Positions 38,738 through 50,112 of a stretch of DNA of 64,000 bases are shown in pieces. A program made the position numbers and the translations under genes. Source of the stretch: Treponemataceae bacterium (GTDB lineage: Bacteria > Spirochaetota > Spirochaetia > Treponematales > Rectinemataceae); NCBI GenBank assembly GCA_963667725.2, contig CAXXHO010000003.1, forward strand, positions 352,001 to 416,000. The letters are read 5' to 3'. The stretch's first letter is position 1. Each line of letters opens with the position of its first letter. The notes under the pieces were generated by a model. It saw only the letters and a program-made list of their open reading frames with translations. It did not search any database and was not told the origin of the DNA.

Positions 38738-39457
38738 CTATTTAATAATGTAAAACTTAAATTTGTCACCAACCACATACTGTAAAGAACGATGTGCTGG
38801 TATTCCATCATTATCACAGGAAAGACTGTAAACATATAACAAAGGGTAACAATCAGGGAGCGAAAGGTATTTAGCCATTTCGTAGCTTGAGTAGACTAAT
38901 TCAATGACTTTTGTGCAACAGGTGAAAGAAATATTATACTTTTCTACTAGCAAGCTGATTAAAGAGACATCATTCAAATTTTCATTGAGTAAGAAAGCGT
39001 AACTCTCTGGAAAGCGTGATATTTCTATTGCGACAGGAATATTGTCGGCATAGCGGATGCGCTCAATTACTATCACTTTTGACTTTTCAGGCAATTTAAG
39101 TTCCGCAATATCCGCTTCATTAGCATCTTCGATTAGCGATTTTATAACTTTGGCACCTGGTATCTGTCCATTTTCCATGCATATCTGTGTGAAGCTAGAA
39201 CCGCGAGAAATGTCTCTTTGAAACTTCTCTCGTGCTATAAAGGTACCTATTCCGCGTTTTCTTGTGAGCAGATGTTCTTTGGCCAACTCATCAAGTGCAT
39301 TACGAACTGTTATCCGGCTTACCTCGTATATTTTACATAGTTCTTTTTCTGTAGGTATTTTTTCGCCTTTCTTATACCTTCCATTTTCAATATCGAAGCG
39401 AAGCTGATTAGCGACTTGTGCGTATAGGGGAATACTATTGTCAGCACTTCGTTCCAT
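38738..39457 (-). CDS. GntR family regulator (HutC/UTRA subfamily)
   Basis: PLYAQV, IPTEKEL...VSRITVRNAL...GIGTFI and a C-terminal UTRA domain. Confidence 0.93.
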   Translation of the reverse strand: MERSADNSIPLYAQVANQLRFDIENGRYKKGEKIPTEKELCKIYEVSRITVRNALDELAKEHLLTRKRGIGTFIAREKFQRDISRGSSFTQICMENGQIPGAKVIKSLIEDANEADIAELKLPEKSKVIVIERIRYADNIPVAIEISRFPESYAFLLNENLNDVSLISLLVEKYNISFTCCTKVIELVYSSYEMAKYLSLPDCYPLLYVYSLSCDNDGIPAHRSLQYVVGDKFKFYIIK

Positions 39458-39782
39458 TTTCCCACCCGTCCTTTATTCTGTAATACAATCTTGTAATAAC
39501 ATAGCATGTGTTGAAAATCAACGGTAGCTATTACAAAAATTTATAAAACTTGTGGCAAATTATCAATTCTATACCCATATCAGAATAGGCGATAGAACCT
39601 TTTTATACAATCCTTTAGTTTATCGTTTACTATTTAATTTCTATTATAATATATAATAAACGCTTATAAATGCTTTCTTCATCACAAAAAAAGCACCTTT
39701 AGTTGGAGCTTTCTTGAAAATTGAGCAGGCTTATACTTTTCTTGTTAACCGTCTAGCTGTGAAATATTTTTACTATTTTATC

Positions 39783-39811
39783 TTGACAGGTAAAATAAAC
39801 AGTGGTGTAAT
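39783..39811 (+). promoter_or_regulatory. Sigma70-type promoter of the BtpA-HyuAB-TRAP operon
   Basis: TTGACA, 17-bp spacer and TGTAAT, with an extended -10 TG. Confidence 0.65.
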
Positions 39812-39994
39812 AAATAACAATATATGACAAAGATGTATTCATATTGTATTAAGGCTAGTTCGTAAAGTTATAACATTGTTTATGTTTCTTTACTAAAGGT
39901 TAGTATAGAGCTGCTACGATATTGATGGAGTAATGGATTCAATGCTGAAGCTAAAAACCGGTGGGAATAAGGCTCAGCTTTTAGGGAGTATAAT

Positions 39995-40807
39995 ATGTGG
40001 ACTGAAAGTGTATTTGGAGTAAACAAGCCTATAATCGCTTTGCTTCATCTTCGTGCAATGCCTGGGGACCCTAAGTTTGATAAAAATGGAGGCATGTCTG
40101 CGGTTGTCTCGGCTGCGAAGCGCGAACTCGATGCCCTTCAAGATAGCGGTGTAGATGGTATCCTATTCGCCAATGAATTCAGTTTACCCTATCAGCATAA
40201 AGTAGCTCATGTAACAACGGCTGCAATGGCAAGGATTATAGGTGAATTACTTAAGGATATTAAAGTGCCTTATGGCGTAAACGTTATTTTAAATCCGATG
40301 GCCGCAATAGACTTGGCTGCAGCAACAGGAGCGAGCTTTATTCGAAGCACCTTCACTGGAGCCTACATAGGGGAAAGCGGAATAACCAACACTGATGTTG
40401 CTTCCTATGTTCGAAGAAAGATGGAATTAGGTTTGGATGATCTTAAGTTGCTTTATAAAGTAAACCCTGAGTCAGATGTATATATAACCGAGCGAAATAT
40501 TACGAAAATTACAAAGTCCATAATATTCCATTGCGATCCTGATGGTCTTTGCGTCTCTGGTGATAGTGCGGGTCTGGAAACCAATTCGAAAAGCATAACA
40601 ATAGTAAAATCGGCAGCTGGAAATATTCCTGTTTTTTGTAGCACTGGATGCACTTCTCACAATATCGTTGATAAGTTGGAATGTTCTGATGGTGCATTCG
40701 TAGGTACTTCATTGAAGGAGAATGGCAAGTTTGACAATTTCGTTGATGCTCAGCGCGTTTCGGAATTCATGGGAATCGTAAAGAAATATAGAAAAGAACA
40801 TAGCTAA
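39995..40807 (+). CDS. BtpA/SgcQ family TIM-barrel protein
   Basis: KPIIALLHL..MPGDP, DGILFANEFSLPY, DGLCVSG and DGAFVGT. Confidence 0.9.
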   Translation: MWTESVFGVNKPIIALLHLRAMPGDPKFDKNGGMSAVVSAAKRELDALQDSGVDGILFANEFSLPYQHKVAHVTTAAMARIIGELLKDIKVPYGVNVILNPMAAIDLAAATGASFIRSTFTGAYIGESGITNTDVASYVRRKMELGLDDLKLLYKVNPESDVYITERNITKITKSIIFHCDPDGLCVSGDSAGLETNSKSITIVKSAAGNIPVFCSTGCTSHNIVDKLECSDGAFVGTSLKENGKFDNFVDAQRVSEFMGIVKKYRKEHS

Positions 40808-40837
40808 AATTTTTCCACTAAAAGGACTTGAACACAT

Positions 40838-42361
40838 ATGAGCGATGAAAAGCTATTCTATATGGGCATCGATATTGGCACTTTCGAAACGAAAGGTGTA
40901 ATTATCGATCAAAGTTGTTCGATCATCGTGACTCATGTGGAAAAACATGGGCTAGAAAACCATAGACCCGGCTATTATGAACATGATGCGGAGAAGGTCT
41001 GGTGGCATGACTTTTGTGCGACGAGCCGTGCGCTCTTGAAAAAAGCTGCTGTATCAAATAGTCAGATTGCCTGTATTGGAGCGAGCACCTTAGGCTGCGA
41101 CTGCCTACCTGTGGATGAAGACTGCCAACCGTTGCGTAAAGCAATTCTGTATGGGATTGATTCGAGGGCTCAGAAGGAAATCGCCTATCTCGCCGATTAC
41201 TATGGCGAAAAAGACGTAAAGCGTATTTTTGGACGTCCAATCTGCACCGGAGATGTGGCGCCGAAGATTCTGTGGCTAAAGAACAACGAGCCAGATGTCT
41301 ACAAAAATGCAAAAAAATTTCTTACGGGAGTCTCCTATATCGTCGCAAAACTCACAGGCGAGTATAAGTTGGATGGCTTTCTTGGTAGAGCCTCCTTCCG
41401 TCCATTTTACCGCGAGGATGGAAGCATTGATAAGAAAGCATGTAGTATTTTTTGCAGTCCTGATCAAATCGCAAGGACGGCTAAATCTACCGATATTGCT
41501 GGATATGTAACGGATCGGGCAGCAGACCAAACTGGATTAGCCGTAGGTACATCGGTCATCGTTGGTACTGGCGATTCTGCCGCCGAAGCGATCAGTACGG
41601 GGATACTAAACGCTGGCGATCTGATGCTCCAATTTGGCTCATCTCTATTTATCTATTGTTGCACCGATCATCTAGTCGAGGATGATAGAATACGGGGCAA
41701 TAATTATACAATTCCCGGGATGTTTAGCGTCGCTGCTGGTACCAATACATGCGGAACCTTAACGAGATGGTACCGCGACACAATTTTCCCCGATTTTTTG
41801 GCGAATGAATTGGCTGGAGGCGAGAATGCCTTTGGTACAATGCTCTCTGGTTTAGAAAAAATCCCCGCCGGATCTGACGGACTCGTCACATTGCCTTATT
41901 TCGCAGGTGAAAGGACTCCCATCAATGATCCGAACGCTAAAGGCATGATATTTGGATTAAATCTCAAGCATACGCGCTCTCATCTATATAAATCCGCTTT
42001 AGAATCAGTTGGATATTCTGTAAGTCAGCATATCGAGATTTTGCATGAGCTCGGGATAAAAATTGGCAAGGTAATGGCTGTCGGGGGCGGCACAAAAAGC
42101 CGTGTTTGGATGCAAATCATTGCCGATGTCATCGGTATGGATATCGGAATCGCTAAAGTGACTCTAGGCGCCGCATATGGGGACGCTCTTATGGCAGCTT
42201 TGGGAACCGGAAGGTTTAATAATTTTTCAGAATTGGAGAAAGTAATTAAGCTCGAAACTGTTATTACTCCCAACTTACGAAACCATGAAAAATACAAGGA
42301 ATTTAGGAGAATTTTCGATGTGCTTTATTTAAACAACAAAGAATTGATGCATCGCATTTAA
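40838..42361 (+). CDS. FGGY-family carbohydrate kinase (xylulokinase-like)
   Basis: GIDIGT, ILYGIDSR, PKILWL, LPYFAGERTP and GGGTKS. Confidence 0.92.
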   Translation: MSDEKLFYMGIDIGTFETKGVIIDQSCSIIVTHVEKHGLENHRPGYYEHDAEKVWWHDFCATSRALLKKAAVSNSQIACIGASTLGCDCLPVDEDCQPLRKAILYGIDSRAQKEIAYLADYYGEKDVKRIFGRPICTGDVAPKILWLKNNEPDVYKNAKKFLTGVSYIVAKLTGEYKLDGFLGRASFRPFYREDGSIDKKACSIFCSPDQIARTAKSTDIAGYVTDRAADQTGLAVGTSVIVGTGDSAAEAISTGILNAGDLMLQFGSSLFIYCCTDHLVEDDRIRGNNYTIPGMFSVAAGTNTCGTLTRWYRDTIFPDFLANELAGGENAFGTMLSGLEKIPAGSDGLVTLPYFAGERTPINDPNAKGMIFGLNLKHTRSHLYKSALESVGYSVSQHIEILHELGIKIGKVMAVGGGTKSRVWMQIIADVIGMDIGIAKVTLGAAYGDALMAALGTGRFNNFSELEKVIKLETVITPNLRNHEKYKEFRRIFDVLYLNNKELMHRI

Positions 42362-42396
42362 GCAGGGACATTTCAGCTTTAAAGCGGAGGTGATGT

Positions 42397-43242
42397 ATGC
42401 TGAATTTATCTAGGAATCAACTTTCCGGAATGAATTGTCATTATATTCGGCATTCCTTCAAGTTTTTCTTGGATTCCATGCAGAAGATCGGTCTACAAAA
42501 TATTGAGTTATGGGGCGCATCTCCACATTATTTCGCAGAATACTTCGACAATAGCATGGTTTTGAATATGAAGCGTCAAATATCTGATAGAAAGCTGAAG
42601 CTCGTCTGCCTGACTCCCGAACAAGTTACTTATCCCATCAATATTGCAGCACGTGAAGAATATTTACGTAAACTGAGCGTACAAAATCACCTAAAAACGC
42701 TTGAACATGCCGCGATATTGGAAAGCCCGTTGATGCTGCTGACGCCTGGGTATGGAAACCTTGACGAGGATAGGAACGAAGCTTGGAAGCGTTCCGCCGA
42801 CTCCATTTCGAAGATCGCCAAAAGAGCGGAAGAGTTGGGCATAGTAGTCGCTCTTGAGCACCTTTCCCCCATCAGCTCAAACTTGATAAATACTGCTTCT
42901 CAATTGAAGGAAATGCTGGATGAAATCAATTCTAAAAGTTTAAAAGCAACGATGGATGTGGTTCAAGTTGGAATTGTAAACGAGACCGTGGATAAATATT
43001 TCATGTTGCTTGGTAATGACATTGTTCATATTCATTTCATTGATGGAACTCCGGGGGGGCACCTAGCATTAGGTGAAGGAGAATTACCGCTAGAAGATGA
43101 TCTTATCAGTATTTCGAAGAATGGGTACAAAGGTTTTCTTTCAATGGAAATTGCTGATAGAAGGTATTTCGCACATCCTGAAGAAGCAGACCTTTTATCC
43201 AAAATAAAATTCAAGTACTGGATTGACAATTTAACTGATTAA
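42397..43242 (+). CDS. Sugar isomerase/epimerase, FrlC-like TIM barrel (1 of 3)
   Basis: IELWGASPH, TPEQVTYPINIA, LEHL, HIHFIDG, HLALGEG and SMEI. Confidence 0.82.
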   Translation: MLNLSRNQLSGMNCHYIRHSFKFFLDSMQKIGLQNIELWGASPHYFAEYFDNSMVLNMKRQISDRKLKLVCLTPEQVTYPINIAAREEYLRKLSVQNHLKTLEHAAILESPLMLLTPGYGNLDEDRNEAWKRSADSISKIAKRAEELGIVVALEHLSPISSNLINTASQLKEMLDEINSKSLKATMDVVQVGIVNETVDKYFMLLGNDIVHIHFIDGTPGGHLALGEGELPLEDDLISISKNGYKGFLSMEIADRRYFAHPEEADLLSKIKFKYWIDNLTD

Positions 43243-43325
43243 TAAAACTGCCATGATTTAGCAGGATTTTTAGTGAATGTTTTATAAAGCATTATAGCCG
43301 AATGAGGCGATAGAGGTGGAATATT

Positions 43326-45392
43326 ATGGGTTATATGATTGGAGTTGATGTTGGGGGTACATTCACTGATTTTTCAGTGTTCGACACGAAAACAAAGAGA
43401 CTATTTCATTATAAGCAGAGTACTACGTCGGAAGACCCTTCTAAAGCGATCGTGAGTGGTATCGAACACATCCTAGAGCAGGAAAGAATTAACCCAGACG
43501 AAGTGATATATCTTGCTCACGGTACTACCGTGGCGACTAACGCGCTCATCGAAAAAAAAGGCGCCAAAATTGGTCTCATAACAACAAAAGGTTTCAAGGA
43601 TTTAATGGAAATAGGTTGGCAAAAACGTCCGTCTTTGTATGACCTTCTCAAGAAGAAACCTGAAAGCTTAATACAAGCTGGTCTAAAATGCGAAGTGAAT
43701 GAGAGGATCATGTTTGACGGAACAGTAAGGACTCCTCTTGATGAAAACGATGTTCGTAAAGTCGTGAAATATCTTAAGTCACAGAATGTTCAGGCTATTG
43801 CTATATGTACTTTATTCTCTTTTATCAATCCGTTACATGAAAAGAGAATAAAGGATATCGTTGAAGAAGAATTCCCTGAGGTTTATGTATCTGCATCACA
43901 TGAACTAGTTCCCGAATTTCGCGAATATTCACGCATGAGCACTACGGTCCTGAATGCATATCTCGGGCCGGTCATGAAAAAGTACGTGCACAATTTCGAG
44001 AAATCGATTTTCGCTTCCGGAATTAGAGTTGCTCCTTACGTTACACAGTCAAACGGGTCAGTAATCTCAATTTCTGAAACCATAGGTTGTCCGATAAGGA
44101 CCGCGGTGTCTGGTCCAAGCGCCGGTGTAATTGGTGCGATCACTGTTGGTCAGCATTGTGGGATTAATAAGATTATCTCTTTTGACATGGGAGGAACAAG
44201 CACTGATGTAAGCTTGATAGAGAATGGCGTGGCACAGCTTTCAAACGAACGTCTCGTTGAAGGATATCCGGCTCGTATTCCTATGATCGATATAGTGACG
44301 GTCGGTGCTGGTGGTGGATCAATCGCCCGAATTGACGAAGGCGGCGCACTAAAAGTTGGACCGGACAGCGCTGGTGCAACACCTGGACCTGCCTGTTATA
44401 TGCGCGGAGGAGAAAAGCCGACTGTGACTGACGCCAATATTATCTTGGGGAAACTAAATCAACACAAGATATTGGGTGGCAGGATGAACGTTGACCTAAA
44501 TCTTGCTAAAGATGCGATGAAAAGAAATATCTGCGATAAATCGATGCTTGATCTGAAAAAGGCAGCCGCGGGCATAATATCGGTAGTTAACTCAAATATG
44601 ATGCGAGCTATACGTCTTGTCTCTGTAGAGCGTGGATACGATGCGCGTGAGTTCAATTTAATGGCATTCGGCGGTGCTGGCCCGCTACATGCATGTGAAG
44701 TGGCTCAAAATATGGGTATAAGCACAGTACTGATACCTCCTTCGCCCGGAACTTTATGTTCGCTTGGTTTACTTATGGCTGACACAAAATTCGATATAAG
44801 CCGCTCGAATATAATGATCGCGCAGGAAGAGAGTCTTCCTAGAGTCCAGAAAATATTCAAAGAGCTAATATTAGAAGGGAAAAAAGACCTCGACAAGGAA
44901 AAGGTCGCTGAAAAAGATCGTACGTATAAGTGTGCTATTGAATGTCGATATGAACGACAAAATTATGAGATCTCTATAGAAGTAGACCCTTCAATGACAA
45001 TGGAAATAATGGATCGAATGATGGCTAAATTTCATGAGGAGCATAACCGTTCTTATGGTTACTATAATAGAAAAATGCGAATACAGATGGTTAATTACCA
45101 TGTTACAGCCATCGGATCGATAATCAAGCCTAATTTTGATGGATGCTCTGTAGGTAAAGTCGTAACTCTTCCTAAACCCTTAGAGGAACGCGATGTACTG
45201 TTTGAAGGTAATGATGATTTTATTCTGACAAAAGTATATCAGAGGACAGACATCAAACCGGGATGCACCATCAGTGGACCAGCTATCATTGAACAGATGG
45301 ATTCGACATCGATCATCCCACCTGGCTGGGATGCATATACCGATGGGTTTAACAATATTATTGCATCCTACAGCGGGAGTGTAAAAGCATGA
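43326..45392 (+). CDS. Hydantoinase/oxoprolinase subunit A (HyuA-like)
   Basis: GVDVGGTFTD, HGTTVATNAL, SGPSAG, DMGGTSTD, GAGGGSI and GPACY. Confidence 0.94.
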   Translation: MGYMIGVDVGGTFTDFSVFDTKTKRLFHYKQSTTSEDPSKAIVSGIEHILEQERINPDEVIYLAHGTTVATNALIEKKGAKIGLITTKGFKDLMEIGWQKRPSLYDLLKKKPESLIQAGLKCEVNERIMFDGTVRTPLDENDVRKVVKYLKSQNVQAIAICTLFSFINPLHEKRIKDIVEEEFPEVYVSASHELVPEFREYSRMSTTVLNAYLGPVMKKYVHNFEKSIFASGIRVAPYVTQSNGSVISISETIGCPIRTAVSGPSAGVIGAITVGQHCGINKIISFDMGGTSTDVSLIENGVAQLSNERLVEGYPARIPMIDIVTVGAGGGSIARIDEGGALKVGPDSAGATPGPACYMRGGEKPTVTDANIILGKLNQHKILGGRMNVDLNLAKDAMKRNICDKSMLDLKKAAAGIISVVNSNMMRAIRLVSVERGYDAREFNLMAFGGAGPLHACEVAQNMGISTVLIPPSPGTLCSLGLLMADTKFDISRSNIMIAQEESLPRVQKIFKELILEGKKDLDKEKVAEKDRTYKCAIECRYERQNYEISIEVDPSMTMEIMDRMMAKFHEEHNRSYGYYNRKMRIQMVNYHVTAIGSIIKPNFDGCSVGKVVTLPKPLEERDVLFEGNDDFILTKVYQRTDIKPGCTISGPAIIEQMDSTSIIPPGWDAYTDGFNNIIASYSGSVKA

Positions 45393-47134
45393 AAAGGAGC
45401 ATTGATCCGGTCACGGTCGAAATCGTAGGCAATCTTATCTTATCAATCGCAGAAGAGATGGGTGTAGCGATTATTAAGAGCGCATATTCTACGAATATCA
45501 AAGAACGAAGAGATATATCAACAGCAGTATTCGATCCCGAGGGTAATATGGTAGCACAGGCGGAACATGTCCCTATGCATTTGGGTTCGCTACTCGGAAT
45601 TATCAAGGAAATCTACAAGAAACATCCGCTTGAGGAAATCAAGCCAGGTGACATGTTCATGGGTAACGATCCCTACAATGGGGGAGGGACACACCTGCCC
45701 GACATTACAGTGGCCGTTCCTGTTTTTGTGAGCGAGATGCTTGTTGGATGGGCCGCGAATTGTGCGCATCACAGCGATGTCGGTGGGAAAGTTCCTGGTT
45801 CTGTTGCAGGTGACGCTAATAGTATTTTTCAGGAAGGAATAAAGATTCCTCTTGTAAGGGTATGCCAGAACAATAAAGTGAATGAAGACATCATCGGTTT
45901 TGTAATGACTAACAGTCGCATTCCCGGCGAACGTTACGGTGATCTTCAGGCGCAAATCGCGGCTAACCATGTTGGCATGCGACGCATGACAGAAGCCTAT
46001 GAGCGTTATGGTGATCTCATGATCGACTGTATGCACGAACTCCAAGACTACGCTGAACGCAGGCTCCGTGCTGGTATCGCGAAAATCCCGACAGGCACTT
46101 ATGAGTTTACAGATTATATGGATGATGGTGGATCAGCTTGCCCTAATCCGCTACAGATAAGCGTAAAGATCAATATTCATGGCGATATGATGGATCTCGA
46201 TTTTGCTGGAACCCATGAGCAGGTGGAAGGGCCAATTAACATGACTTTCAACGGTCTGCTCGCAACGGTATTCTATTCCCTTAAAACATTAATTGATCCC
46301 GGTATCCCATCAAATGCAGGAATTTATAGAGCATTCCATGTCATCGCGGAACCAGGTCTAATCGTCAATGCGGTGAACCCCGCGCCCGTTGGCGAGAGGA
46401 TCGATACAGCGATGCGCGTTGCCGACGTTATTTTTGGTGCGCTAGCTTCGGCCATTCCTGAGCGAGCCATTGCGGGATGTAACAGTTCTTGCACTTCCGC
46501 GCTATTTAGCGGCAACGATCCGATAGACAAGGAACATTATTATGTTTACTTGGAAACAATAGCTGGCGGCTCCGGGGCGACAAAGCATTCAGATGGATTG
46601 AGTGGTGTTCAAGTCCATATGACAAATACTTCGAATCTACCCATAGAAGCGCTAGAAATGGAATTTCCTTTAATACTTGTAAAGAAATATTCTCTGAGAC
46701 CTGACAGCGGTGGAGCTGGAAAATATCGCGGTGGGTTAGGAATTGAACGCGAATTCGAGGCTATGTTCGACAATATCACCTATACAGGTCTTGGCGACAG
46801 ACAAATATTTGCGCCTTGGGGCCTGGAAGGTGGCCTCGATGGATATGGTGGTGCTTATTATCTTACGCGCAAGGACGGGGAGCCTCAGCGCCTGCCGTCT
46901 AAAAGCACCAACATCCTGCTGAATAAAGGCGATACAGTAAACGTTCTGACTCCCGGAGCAGGTGGGTACGGAAAAGCGCGCGAACGCGATGAATTAGCAG
47001 TCTTGTGCGATGTCATTGAAGGGAAAGTGTCGGTAGAAAAAGCGGGAGAATTCTACGGTGTCGCCATAATAGATGTGGGTGGAAGCTACTCTATCAACAA
47101 AGAAGAAACAGAGAGAATGAGAAAAGCGATGTAG
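45389..47134 (+). CDS. Hydantoinase/oxoprolinase subunit B (HyuB-like)
   Basis: NDPYNGGGTHLPD, HHSDVGG, FQEG, DSGGAGKYRGG and TPGAGGYG. Confidence 0.94.
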   Translation: MKRSIDPVTVEIVGNLILSIAEEMGVAIIKSAYSTNIKERRDISTAVFDPEGNMVAQAEHVPMHLGSLLGIIKEIYKKHPLEEIKPGDMFMGNDPYNGGGTHLPDITVAVPVFVSEMLVGWAANCAHHSDVGGKVPGSVAGDANSIFQEGIKIPLVRVCQNNKVNEDIIGFVMTNSRIPGERYGDLQAQIAANHVGMRRMTEAYERYGDLMIDCMHELQDYAERRLRAGIAKIPTGTYEFTDYMDDGGSACPNPLQISVKINIHGDMMDLDFAGTHEQVEGPINMTFNGLLATVFYSLKTLIDPGIPSNAGIYRAFHVIAEPGLIVNAVNPAPVGERIDTAMRVADVIFGALASAIPERAIAGCNSSCTSALFSGNDPIDKEHYYVYLETIAGGSGATKHSDGLSGVQVHMTNTSNLPIEALEMEFPLILVKKYSLRPDSGGAGKYRGGLGIEREFEAMFDNITYTGLGDRQIFAPWGLEGGLDGYGGAYYLTRKDGEPQRLPSKSTNILLNKGDTVNVLTPGAGGYGKARERDELAVLCDVIEGKVSVEKAGEFYGVAIIDVGGSYSINKEETERMRKAM

Positions 47135-47191
47135 TAATTGGTAATTTAGGCCCTCATATTTTAAAACTTATAAATCAGGAGGTGACGAGCT

Positions 47192-47737
47192 ATGCAGAGC
47201 GGTAAAATTCATACGATTCATTCTGCTTTGGGGAAAGCCAATTCTTTTATACACAGTATCGCAGCTTGCTTAACAGGACTGTTTCTTGCGATTTTATTTA
47301 TCCAAGTATTTATGCGATATGTTTTCAAGAGCCCAATATATGGCCTCGATGAGCTTGTCATCGCACTGATGGTCTGGTCCATGTCGCTGGGGTTCGCCGT
47401 AGTATATTGGGAAAACGAACATGCAACTATAGAATTATTATTAAAATATTTTCCAAAATCTGGCAAAAAAGCTGTCTACTATCTCACGAATATTATTGTC
47501 TTAATGTGCTCAGTTTCTCTTGTGCCTGGAGGTATCAAATTATTTATTCTCCAATCGAGAACAATTTCGCTTGGAGGTTTATTTTTCTCGCGAGCATATT
47601 ACTATGCGTTACCAATCATCGTTCTGGGATTTTTGCTCTCCATTATGAGCGCTTTTCGAACCTTAGAGTATGCAATCACTGGTGATGATTCGATAATGAC
47701 CTCGAAACCTGCTGAAGGAGGAGTAAATGTTGATTGA
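47192..47737 (+). CDS. TRAP transporter small permease DctQ
   Basis: Four TM helices with QVFMRYVF, DEL and H..IE; upstream of DctM. Confidence 0.88.
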   Translation: MQSGKIHTIHSALGKANSFIHSIAACLTGLFLAILFIQVFMRYVFKSPIYGLDELVIALMVWSMSLGFAVVYWENEHATIELLLKYFPKSGKKAVYYLTNIIVLMCSVSLVPGGIKLFILQSRTISLGGLFFSRAYYYALPIIVLGFLLSIMSAFRTLEYAITGDDSIMTSKPAEGGVNVD

Positions 47738-49019
47738 TCCTATTGTTCTGGTCTGCTTCGGCTTGTTCATCGTGTTGCTCATGATCGAGGTTCCAATTCC
47801 TTTTGGTATGCTCTTCTCTAGTATTCTTTATGCGTTGGTTAAAGGTCAGAGTTTTATGATGTTCGCACAAAAGATAGCCAGCTCGTTTGCTGACTTCTCC
47901 ATGCTTGCAGTTCCAGCGTTCCTATTTGTCGGAATTTTCATGAACGAGATAGGGCTTACGGAGATTATCTTCCGTTTTTGTGAAAAATGGTTAGGGCACA
48001 TTACGGGTGGTTTGGCTCATGCAAACATCCTTGGTAGCATGATCTTTGCGGGAATGTCGGGATCTGCTCTTGCTGATGCTGGTGGTATGGGCGTCATCGA
48101 AGTTAACGCCATGCGCGAAGCTGGCTATGATGAAAATTTTTCCGTGGCTTGTTCCGCTGCCTCCTCGACGATAGGACCAATCATTCCGCCGAGCATAAAC
48201 TTTGTAATATGGGCTTTTCTCTCGCAAACTTCAACACTGGCAATGTTCCTGGGTGGTCTTGTACCGGGAATACTAATGGGCTTAGCGATGATGGTATGGG
48301 TCGCTATCGCAATACCTAAATACCATATAAAAGTGCCAACTCTTAAAAAAGCGACTTGGAAAGAAAGATGGGTAGCCACTATAAAGGCTCTTCCTGCTAT
48401 TGGAGGACCAGCGATTCTTATTGGTGGTATGATGTCGGGAGCTTTTACACCCACTGAATGTGGAGTTGTTGGTGCCGCTTATTGCTTTATCTTAGCGATT
48501 GTCTATAAAAAAATGAATTTTAAGATGCTCAGCAGGGTATTGAGAAGCACATTGTCTTCTTCAGCTATGGTGATGGCGCTCTGTGCAACCGGCTTGGTTT
48601 TCAACTGGATGATAGTGACAAGCGGACTCCTCAGTACTTTGGCTCAGGGACTGCTTGCTTTGGGTAATCCTTATCTCGTCTTGTTTCTTATAAACGTGCT
48701 CTTCGTCTTTCTAGGGTGCTTTATCGGATCGATGCAAATTTTAATAATGATGGCTCCTCTTTTAATATCCCTCTCTGACGGATTCGGCTTCAGTCTTGTG
48801 CACATTGGCGTCATGGCTGTTTTTAATTTAGTCATTGGACTCATTACACCACCAATGGCACCTGCCCTTTTCGTCACATGTAAGGCAACCAACGTTTCTT
48901 TTAACAAGTCGTTGAAATACACAGTGCAATTCTTGGTTCCCCTTGTGTTAATGCTGCTCGTCATCACGTATGTCCCTGAAGTTGTGCTTTGGCTTCCAAG
49001 GATTATGGGAGCTTTATGA
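47727..49019 (+). CDS. TRAP transporter large permease DctM
   Basis: FAGMSGSALAD, GPIIPPS, FTPTE and GLITPP. Confidence 0.93.
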   Translation: MLIDPIVLVCFGLFIVLLMIEVPIPFGMLFSSILYALVKGQSFMMFAQKIASSFADFSMLAVPAFLFVGIFMNEIGLTEIIFRFCEKWLGHITGGLAHANILGSMIFAGMSGSALADAGGMGVIEVNAMREAGYDENFSVACSAASSTIGPIIPPSINFVIWAFLSQTSTLAMFLGGLVPGILMGLAMMVWVAIAIPKYHIKVPTLKKATWKERWVATIKALPAIGGPAILIGGMMSGAFTPTECGVVGAAYCFILAIVYKKMNFKMLSRVLRSTLSSSAMVMALCATGLVFNWMIVTSGLLSTLAQGLLALGNPYLVLFLINVLFVFLGCFIGSMQILIMMAPLLISLSDGFGFSLVHIGVMAVFNLVIGLITPPMAPALFVTCKATNVSFNKSLKYTVQFLVPLVLMLLVITYVPEVVLWLPRIMGAL

Positions 49020-49050
49020 TCAATGTTTTGAGAGAATAGGAGGCAATGGT

Positions 49051-50040
49051 ATGAAAAGGTCACTATCGGTCGTTCTTGCTATGTTCTTGTGCTTCGCCAC
49101 AGTATCCATAGGAGCACAAAATAAAGGTGTCATGGTTTTTAAAATAGGTGCCGCGTCTACGCCTAAAGAAGCCATGGCAATAGCTGGACAAAAGTTCTGC
49201 GACCTCGTCAACGAGCGTCTCGCCGGGAAAGTAAAGTTCGAGTATTATCCAGGGGAGCAACTCGGAAACGAGACGACCATGTTCGAGAACATGCAGGTGG
49301 ATCTTCAGCAGGGATTGACGAACGCTTTCGATTCTTACGGCAATTTTTCAAGAGATCTGAATATCATGAGCATGGCATTCGCGTTTGAAAGCCATGAGCA
49401 TCTATTCAGGTATCTTAAATCCGATCTTGGAAAGAAAGCCCTGGAAAAGCTCGAGAAACAGGGTATCCACGTTTTGAATTATAATTTCAGGAAGAATGCG
49501 CGCTGCGTTTTTGGGAAAAAACCGATCACCAAGCCAGAAGATCTCAAGGGTGTTAAATTCAGAATCGCGAATATTCCCATATGGGAAAAAAATTTCAGGA
49601 CGCTCGGTGCTGTTCCCACAGTTGTCGCCTGGTCTGAATATCCGTACGCACTCATCCAAGGCGTTGTTGATGCTGGTGAATGCACGCGTGAGAACATCTA
49701 CCCCATGGGATTCTACAAGTCATGTCCTTACATTACGCTGGTCGACTACGCGTATCCGCTAGAATGTATTAGCCTTTCGACTGCCGCATGGAATCGGCTG
49801 AATTCCGAGCAGCAGAAAGTAGTCCAGCAGTGCGCGGACGAAGCATCGGATTATTATAACAGCGTGATAAACACTAAATGGGAAGAGGATAAATCGAAGA
49901 TCATAAAAGAAGGCGGCCATTTCGTCGATTTCGACAAAAACCTATTCATAAAGAAGATGGCTCCATTGGCGGCTGAATTGGAAAAGAGCAAATTCTGGGA
50001 CACGCCTGGATTGTATGATTCTGTACAGGCACTTCGTTGA
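49051..50040 (+). CDS. TRAP substrate-binding protein DctP (1)
   Basis: Signal peptide from MKRSL (RBS GGAGG), YPGEQLG, DLKGVKFR and QGVVD. Confidence 0.92.
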   Translation: MKRSLSVVLAMFLCFATVSIGAQNKGVMVFKIGAASTPKEAMAIAGQKFCDLVNERLAGKVKFEYYPGEQLGNETTMFENMQVDLQQGLTNAFDSYGNFSRDLNIMSMAFAFESHEHLFRYLKSDLGKKALEKLEKQGIHVLNYNFRKNARCVFGKKPITKPEDLKGVKFRIANIPIWEKNFRTLGAVPTVVAWSEYPYALIQGVVDAGECTRENIYPMGFYKSCPYITLVDYAYPLECISLSTAAWNRLNSEQQKVVQQCADEASDYYNSVINTKWEEDKSKIIKEGGHFVDFDKNLFIKKMAPLAAELEKSKFWDTPGLYDSVQALR

Positions 50041-50049
50041 TATAAACGT

Positions 50050-50076
50050 TCTGGCCGCTTATGAAAAGCGGCCAGA
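50050..50076 (+). terminator. Stem-loop after dctP1
   Basis: TCTGGCCGCTT-ATGAA-AAGCGGCCAGA. Confidence 0.55.
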
Positions 50077-50112
50077 GATTAGTGTTTTATAATAAATTTA
50101 GGGAGATGGAAA